Shown in pieces: positions 59,201 through 64,000 of a DNA stretch of 64,000 nucleotides. Under the pieces are notes generated by a model. The model worked only from the letters and a program-made list of their open reading frames with translations. It had not been told where the DNA came from and made no database searches. The DNA is from an uncultured Spirochaetota bacterium (GTDB lineage: Bacteria; Spirochaetota; Spirochaetia; SZUA-6; Fen-1364): assembly GCA_963820525.1 (NCBI GenBank), contig CAWGAA010000003.1, positions 160,001-224,000 on the forward strand. Reading direction: 5' to 3'. A program made the translations under genes and the position numbers. Numbering within the stretch: position 1 is the first letter of the stretch; every line of letters begins with the position of its first letter.

Positions 59201-62200
59201 ATCATCGGTGATGCTGGACAGCAGAAGCCCGTTGTAGGTGAGGTCAAAGCTGGAAAACCCCGTCTTGTCTTTGATCTGTACCACCCTACCGTTTCCGTCA
59301 AAAAGGTAGTACGTTCCGTCCTTTGTCCACAGCTCGCATGCGATGGTATTCCAGCCCGGGATGAGGTTGGTTAGGCTTATTTCTTGGTTTTGAAGGACCT
59401 TACGCAAGCCGGCAATTGCTATTCCAGTAACATCTATACTGTCCCGGACCTGTACGGCACGGAAATGAAAATCTTCCCCTTCGTGAAACTGGAAATCCAG
59501 CGTCCGTGAAACCGGATTTGACCAGAAGCTGTTCTGGCTTTCCATCTGGTTAATACCGTAGTAGCCGCCGTTGGGAAGCCTTACCATTACCGTTGAGTTT
59601 GTGGTAACCACGTATGGCAGGCTTAACCGCCATCCAACGCCGGTCGATAAAGCGTAGTCTCCGTTATGTTTTAATAAGCCGTCAACCTTGCTCTTGATAG
59701 CCCCTACCAAATTGGCTGTGCCGTTTGAGGCCAATTGTCCCGCCAGATACGCAAGGCTGCCAAGGGAGCCAAGGTCGTAAGCCCCCAAGCTGATCGAGGC
59801 GCTTAACGATACACTGGGACTATCCACCATTGCCGTGGCTGTGTCGTACATTCGCTTTATCGGCAGAGTAAATCCGTTCTTGCCTTGAAGCACAAACTCC
59901 GTGACTTCCACCATCGCCGTTCCCCCTTGAGGGGATACCGTCACCGCCCCCGTGGAACTTTCCGCCTTGAAGGGACTGTGTCCGGCATCCTTGAGTTGCT
60001 GGGGCGAAAGATCCTGTATCATCGTGGGTTGAACGGAAAATGCGGTAAAATGGTTGGTGAGAAAGACTATCTTATTCTGGTCGCGGTCAACGGCCGATCT
60101 CTCAACAAGGAACCACTTGTTCCAGGTGGTGTCAAAATAGTATACGCCAAGGTTCGCTTCCGGAAAACCGATGGGAACCTGGCTGTCATCATAGTCGAGG
60201 ACCACCACCACTTCTTTCGAGAACTCCGTGTGTGTGTTTTCGCTCAGCGTACCGTCCGCCGCGAGCGCCAGGGTGCTCAGCGAGTAGATCGGCCCGAGGA
60301 TGGGATAGCTGGAAGCATCTTTGAGTTTCGGGCTGTCTATCTTTTGTATTAGGACAACCTTATCCTCTTCAGGAAGCGCCGCCGGAGGTATCACCACCTC
60401 CATTCCTTTGTAATCTACGACGGTTGACTGTTGTGGATCCGAGGAAATCACCTGTACGGCCAAACCCGATATCGTGTCCCGCGTCTGGGTTATTGGCCCC
60501 ATGTTGGCGGCGCGGTCTTCCGCCCAGACCTGGTAGCTATAGACTTCCCCATTGCTTAAGCCCGTGTCGGTGAACTCAAGAACGGAAACGATATGCTCAC
60601 CATCGCTCCAGGCAGGCAAGCGGACAACGTGATACCGCACCACGTCGGTGTTCACAGTTTTCCAAATCACCTCAACCAGGCCCGAGCCGGGTATGGCGGC
60701 AAGCTCGCTGACGGCGACGGGCGGCGTGGTATCTATCTTGAGCTCTATCGATTCAATGCTGGCGTTTCCCGCCACGTCCAGAGCCTTCACCTGGACCTGG
60801 TGAACTCCATCGGAAAGTAGGGGCAGCTTGTAGGGGCTTGCCTGGCTCGTCCAGCTTCCCGAATCGAGTCGAACCTCATAGTGGGAGATTCCCGAATAGC
60901 TGTCAGTTGTAGAGAATGAAATGGTGGGCTGGTTGTTGCTCGTCCATCCCGTGATATTGGCCGCAATGATAAACCGCGCGGGAGGAGTATTGTCGATCTT
61001 AAGCGGTATGCTGACCTCAGACCCCGTGGTTCCCGCCTTGTTCACGGGCTGCAGCTTGAATACAAAGGCGCCTTCCACCGTCATGGGAATCGTCAGGCTG
61101 AAGGATCCCGAAGAGGCGTCATAGCTAACGCCGTTTACCACGATGCGATCGGGATCCGCACTGATCACCTTTCCATTGACCGGAACCGCGTGGGAATAGA
61201 ACGTGTTTGCGACGGGCTGCGTAATGCTCAAGCCCGGTTTCGAGCGGTCCAGAAACACCTGAAGCGTTTTCGTCACCGGCTTGATGCGGTCATCAGCGGT
61301 GACGGAAAGCGTGTTCATGCCGTCCGAAAGAGCGATGGGCTGGCCGGCAAAGCGGTAGCCGTCCACATTTGCCGCTTTTCCATTTACGGTGACCTTTACC
61401 CGGTTTTTGCTTATCACAGTGCCCGTAACGGTGAACCTGGTCGCGCTGACGTAAGCCACGCTTCCCTCACCGTCTAGTGACAGGATTATCCCTGGGCCGA
61501 ACCGCACGATCGTCACCGTGGCCTTCTTGATCACGGCGCCCGTTTTCACGTCAAAGGCGTAGATGGTAATCGTGTTGATTCCGAATTGAAGGCTCACTGT
61601 ATAGGTGAACGCATCCGAGACAACGGGAACTTCCTCGCTCCCCGCCAGGATGCGGACATTCGAATCCTCTACCCATCCCGAAAGCTTGTAAGTTTCGCTT
61701 TCGGTTGTGATCGTGCGGCTGGAGTCGAACCAGAACTTCACGATATCGTCGGGATCCTCACCGACAAGCACTCCGATCGAGCGGCTCGCAAGGATGTCTT
61801 TATCCTTCAGGGCTTGAACCGAAATCGTCGTCAGGCCTTTTCTGTCCAAATCGAGCGTTCGTAGAGGAATCGTAAAGATATTGCCGTGAATCCAAGCCTT
61901 GTGTCCGTTGACCCTGACCTCCACGCCTTCCCGGTCTACCTCTCCGATCAGGTAGTCGCTTCTGCAGTCTCCTCGGGACAGGCTTTGCCCGTTTTTGGGC
62001 CACAACACCTCCACACTCGCGGCGCCCGCCTCGTTCAGGTCTCCCCATGTTTCAATTTCGCCGATACCGCCTTCCCCGGCAGTAACATCTACCTGGCTCA
62101 GATCCCCCCACGAGGAGTACAGTTTCCCCCCGTCCTCGGAAATGTACTCACCCTCGGTCCATCCGCCGGCGCCGTCGGGCATCAAGAGCTGCCCGTTGCC

Positions 62201-63562
62201 CACAAGCCTCAGCCGTCCAAAGCTCACGGCCGGAGAGAATGCCTTCACGAAGCTTTCACCGGTCCAGGCGCCTGCATGCCACCCATCCGAAAGCTCAGGC
62301 ACGCCCCAATCCGCACGAATGCGCCCGTCAAACGCAGGCAGGCGTACCCGGCCGCTCACCCATGATGTTCCTACCCCATGTATGCTTACGAAGTTCTCAC
62401 CATCATTCAGGGCCGTTTCAAGCCCATCGGCACGGAAGTAGCTGATGCCTTCGTTTGAAGCCAGAAGGCGCACCGGCCGTGAGCTGCCGTTGATCGCAAG
62501 GCTCGGCGTCAGGCTTTCTTCCCCTCGGACGGCAAACTCATAGCAGGCCTTCCTTGGGTCGTCCTCGGCTTTAGAGAACACCGCAAAACGACCACCATCC
62601 ACCAGGTTTCCTTCGGCCAGGATCTCGGGATACTCGTCTCCGCCATAGGCCCCGATTCCCCAAAGAGAGATCTCCCCGATGCTTCCCCAATCGAAAATGC
62701 CTTTTGAGAGGGTGAACTTGATCTGGCTTATGAGCGCCTGTTTTTTCGGATTGTCCAGGCTTGCCCACTGCCCCGGCTGCGCTGCGAGGCGGCCCAGCTC
62801 CTGCCAGCTTCCATCGATGAGCCCCTGCACGATAACTGCGGCTCTGGCTTCCTCGTCGAAGTACACGTCGATCCTATGCAGGTGCTTTCCCGTTCCCAGG
62901 TCCGCCCATGCCACGGACCCCCAGTCGTTTCGAGGCCCCCAGCGCCCGTCGGTCTTGTCGTGGAAAAACCTGCAGGCATCATCGTCGTCCCACTCATCGT
63001 CATGGAAAGTCGGCCGGACTTTCCAAATGGTTTGGGTGTTGCCGTCGAAGAGGTTCGTCACGGGATAGAACGACGATCCATCCGGGGTGCCCTTGACCGC
63101 CATGGGCTGGATGCGGTTCCAGATCGTTCCCACGTCCCTGCCCTGGATCGACAGGCGGCTGAGCCGAACCTGGCTCAAGTCCGCCGCTTCTATGCTGAGC
63201 CTGATCTTCTCCGTTACCAGGTTTTCAAAGCTCAAATCCCAGACGTCTCCGCTCCGTCTTGCGAAAAAGTCCCGGTATGTTCCGTTTGTCTCAAACTGCC
63301 AGTGAACGGAGACCCCTTCACCGCCTTCGACCGAAAGGCCGGCTTTCCCGATCAGGTAGGGGCCCGCAAGGCCGATGTCGATCCAGCCCGAGCTTCCCCC
63401 TTGAAAGCGAACAGTGGTGTCGGAACCGTTAATAAGCTCCGCCCCAACGCTCCCTCCCTGAAGTGCGGAGGAGAAGACCAGCTTGGAGATCGCAACGCCC
63501 TGGCCGTAGCCCCAAGCGCCCGTGACAATCAGCACTGCAAGGACTGCAATAATCTTTTTCAT
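53294..63562 (-). CDS. Giant secreted RHS/YD-repeat polymorphic toxin (~3,420 aa)
   Basis: Signal peptide MKKIIAVLAVLIVTGAWGYG; discoidin-, Ig- and FN3-like modules (IDNTPP, IDTTPP); YD repeats; core YTGRELDPDTGLYYTNARWYDPQLGRFITEDP...NNPMAYTDPTGL. Confidence 0.93.
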   Translation of the reverse strand: MKKIIAVLAVLIVTGAWGYGQGVAISKLVFSSALQGGSVGAELINGSDTTVRFQGGSSGWIDIGLAGPYLIGKAGLSVEGGEGVSVHWQFETNGTYRDFFARRSGDVWDLSFENLVTEKIRLSIEAADLSQVRLSRLSIQGRDVGTIWNRIQPMAVKGTPDGSSFYPVTNLFDGNTQTIWKVRPTFHDDEWDDDDACRFFHDKTDGRWGPRNDWGSVAWADLGTGKHLHRIDVYFDEEARAAVIVQGLIDGSWQELGRLAAQPGQWASLDNPKKQALISQIKFTLSKGIFDWGSIGEISLWGIGAYGGDEYPEILAEGNLVDGGRFAVFSKAEDDPRKACYEFAVRGEESLTPSLAINGSSRPVRLLASNEGISYFRADGLETALNDGENFVSIHGVGTSWVSGRVRLPAFDGRIRADWGVPELSDGWHAGAWTGESFVKAFSPAVSFGRLRLVGNGQLLMPDGAGGWTEGEYISEDGGKLYSSWGDLSQVDVTAGEGGIGEIETWGDLNEAGAASVEVLWPKNGQSLSRGDCRSDYLIGEVDREGVEVRVNGHKAWIHGNIFTIPLRTLDLDRKGLTTISVQALKDKDILASRSIGVLVGEDPDDIVKFWFDSSRTITTESETYKLSGWVEDSNVRILAGSEEVPVVSDAFTYTVSLQFGINTITIYAFDVKTGAVIKKATVTIVRFGPGIILSLDGEGSVAYVSATRFTVTGTVISKNRVKVTVNGKAANVDGYRFAGQPIALSDGMNTLSVTADDRIKPVTKTLQVFLDRSKPGLSITQPVANTFYSHAVPVNGKVISADPDRIVVNGVSYDASSGSFSLTIPMTVEGAFVFKLQPVNKAGTTGSEVSIPLKIDNTPPARFIIAANITGWTSNNQPTISFSTTDSYSGISHYEVRLDSGSWTSQASPYKLPLLSDGVHQVQVKALDVAGNASIESIELKIDTTPPVAVSELAAIPGSGLVEVIWKTVNTDVVRYHVVRLPAWSDGEHIVSVLEFTDTGLSNGEVYSYQVWAEDRAANMGPITQTRDTISGLAVQVISSDPQQSTVVDYKGMEVVIPPAALPEEDKVVLIQKIDSPKLKDASSYPILGPIYSLSTLALAADGTLSENTHTEFSKEVVVVLDYDDSQVPIGFPEANLGVYYFDTTWNKWFLVERSAVDRDQNKIVFLTNHFTAFSVQPTMIQDLSPQQLKDAGHSPFKAESSTGAVTVSPQGGTAMVEVTEFVLQGKNGFTLPIKRMYDTATAMVDSPSVSLSASISLGAYDLGSLGSLAYLAGQLASNGTANLVGAIKSKVDGLLKHNGDYALSTGVGWRLSLPYVVTTNSTVMVRLPNGGYYGINQMESQNSFWSNPVSRTLDFQFHEGEDFHFRAVQVRDSIDVTGIAIAGLRKVLQNQEISLTNLIPGWNTIACELWTKDGTYYLFDGNGRVVQIKDKTGFSSFDLTYNGLLLSSITDDMGRKVNFQYDMPPNVAIFLKPVITNISTSGFEGQNRTVNYDYDWDASSDLWYLFNFLPTLVSSTDPAGRISSFTYDRRCLVAGGGSVKINFLALIFDLIPGCGFVNTLLGISTLTLSGHIEFNFPYTISKVVAPGIGTTEVNVAAMDLTQFKSELDDWFLGLIPTAIKFSYDIIYRLATDHVKVTSSTGVVQNTYYSYDWSSREYQFYVSRATTNNGRLKTVQDFMTIVHSRNRFISWDDYLTSVLQSYFSSEGLTVNEVSTLQSGSSTYDASSGSMFESVSNTWDTTHHRITASTTIRGSGARSSNAFQYDSWGNQTYVLEDSVANGRENKCEKWMWYLNSGSSAPSVWALPSLGADETLSNGEIHDLLKGTFVRGYRPAEAGGGFDERAQQYLYNSYGLKKSEGLWLGDHWARTDYEYFTDTGLLSSGMVKSKIGPNPDQKTVWEYDFTRSSKDFFIATQTVQNVADPTGNGVNVVSETVTDWRSGWKLYEKDSRGYVTEYGYDKLGRATDTIRAGEEAPLSPGSWNVTHTNSPWDHIVYNDTALTATVYKSSFSSGANNAPGKAAEVYRYDNLGQLIQIDKFNYLRVKNGALVTLAVVEDSKTLVTYSPWGDVASVTDPNGHTTIYGYDAKGRPSLISYPDGAHISTVYDDSQNLKTTTDERRVITQEWVTWKGNTQTKIVDPSGINAVTQTYYNGLEEVVAVVDPLGQKTVTWYSPFGKPREVRHPPVDVWQSPSSASSSLPTVSLTSVVPTEITLFDDAGQAIRQQTGHPGNYRSTDFTYDTAGRTIKKTVGTREEWSWYDAAGNLVKHADPLVVESIKSNNLDLDGIQGISLTSYSSRNQVTSETDPTGGVVRYRYDLKDRKTQMKDPRSNPDPSVSDSFTLNYTYNDFDRLVLADLPPVAGQPRGKVQISYDLRGNAVEQIDPAGKATVWTYDPRNRKTSQSITGSDGTGPIVTAWGYDAKGNPVREIVVSSLNTAKPELSSGLVTAKIYDSLNRLTDIYFPDGREEHLGLDLLGRATSTTDAMDYTTNTVFNSLNKPTSVTDPDNNVTSTVYDVWAEPVQSMLGNPQNGNQVWVRGYNQYGELVYEQNNLGQQWAFSYDSRGLVIQAMDPNQTTVTSSYDNAGRIISKSFSNGSRFVSESWSYDAAGSLKSATEGSVLTQINWTGTTYVPDPYDLINSYSTSIGSKNLSVSYTYDNAHNVTSITYPDNSTISYLYNGLGQLTDVPSYATGGLYNFMGRLTSLSATNRTQRTKSWDPIRGTLDGYDWHISEKTSRALAWDNRGNLINLVKEGHNSSYGYDKLNRLVLVNEDGEFEVNSKDIGGLDYGRRERDVAGRNSLSYTASATPVKLDYHASSVGINLQTSRNVNKVRLVGVSPRISPRTVELYTSNEGTSVSWSKVTDTTWMQDETGVTLQLKDSHQAQFVKVHMTWDERDGSNRAIDNSTIADSPSKLIQVWFTVNGHMTSWTYDALGNRLTEYDAKGSYTNNTEYSYYPGSSRIKQAGSWAFNYDANGNLTSRGNQGTWDSTTDRFTWDEAQGEVWQYSYDLKNRLIQVDHSLQGANGIKTAARYAYNIRDLRIQTTKGSTVSYYQYDLSGDLLWTEDGIQQRKYIEVLGQIWAEVRTSGTTTTIYWHHTDHEGTTNVVTDSSGKIVWDAEYEAFGEISRSNGSIDFKALYTGRELDPDTGLYYTNARWYDPQLGRFITEDPARDGNNWYAYVNNNPMAYTDPTGLLSFKDIYGEARKIGGTLKRGTEKAVKAVWDRFIDAKDAMANFVSRDSMPAPTFSNPAQFLDVISDVANKAENISSTAEDKWTCGTAFEQVGQKIQIDPRLRGMRSSAERYDEYNRMAQDPTMRNVIREVETESQAKVYQNKGYTVAEIWNTSATAVHGHSAWVVGSQTNGDTLIGGGGIDPNNKDPATAGIWKADATKWFVATEAFITGRSGRDADYFLIFTPPYKATK

Positions 63563-63566
63563 ATTC

Positions 63567-63998
63567 TCACCGATTTCCACTATTGCCCGGAAGGGCGTTC
63601 AACTCATCCATCGTGATCTGAGTGATCCCCTGCCTGTAGTAGTTCACGCCGTTGTTGAAGAAGACACTGCTAAGCACCCCATATGCACCAGCGCCATCCT
63701 CTTTAATCCCGTACTCGATGTTATCCGTAAACGTGGCGCCGATTAGGTTCATCGTCCCCCCCAAGAGGTGGATGCCGATGAGATCCTCACTCAGCACTGC
63801 CTGGCTGAGGCTCAAGCTCCCTGCGGGAAGGAGGATAAGGCCCCGCTCCGCGCACTGTAGCTCCAATCCGCTGCCGCTCGCAGTGCCTCCCACCGTAATC
63901 CCGCGCCACAATAGCCCGCTGTAGATCGCATCGAAGACCGAGCGCGTCCCGGAGTTCGCCACGGTAAGCAGCGCGCCCGAGTCAACGACAATCCCCCC
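63567..63998 (-). CDS. 3' end of a gene with right-handed beta-helix-like C-terminus (truncated by window edge)
   Basis: Frame open to the window edge; WRGITV...IGIHL...FTDNIEYGIKED...FFNNGVNYY; stops 4 nt before the RHS ATG. Confidence 0.65.
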   Translation of the reverse strand, partial: GGIVVDSGALLTVANSGTRSVFDAIYSGLLWRGITVGGTASGSGLELQCAERGLILLPAGSLSLSQAVLSEDLIGIHLLGGTMNLIGATFTDNIEYGIKEDGAGAYGVLSSVFFNNGVNYYRQGITQITMDELNALPGNSGNR

Positions 63999-64000
63999 AT

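Overview
GC-rich bacterial chromosomal segment, probably from a Spirochaetota-like organism (inferred from gene content, not proven). 1-46.1 kb holds mostly housekeeping and metabolic genes: ccsA 3' end, xylB, an ECF sigma/anti-sigma/secreted caspase module, mtlD-like, pyk, an ABC-2 exporter, an atypical (archaeal/monoderm-type) dnaK-dnaJ pair, GH1, hisD, folC, macro domain, rqcH, Tet(L)-like MFS, GH43/GH10, a rhamnose-type ABC importer with a two-component system, a pyruvoyl arginine decarboxylase/DHS-like/agmatinase polyamine operon, and amrB/amrA. From about 46.1 kb to the window end lies a lower-GC accessory region: a BsuBI/PstI-family restriction-modification pair, a complete IS66, a WG-repeat protein and a ~3,420-aa secreted RHS toxin. 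The most striking unexplained feature is a pair of homologous ~300-nt multi-hairpin non-coding elements in tail-to-tail orientation (48756-49046 and 49150-51976, the second split by IS66). Each lies just downstream of an accessory gene, and their stems are conserved through compensatory sequence changes. Several genes carry single-base frameshifts or a stop, reflecting either real decay or assembly error. No rRNA, tRNA or CRISPR array was seen.
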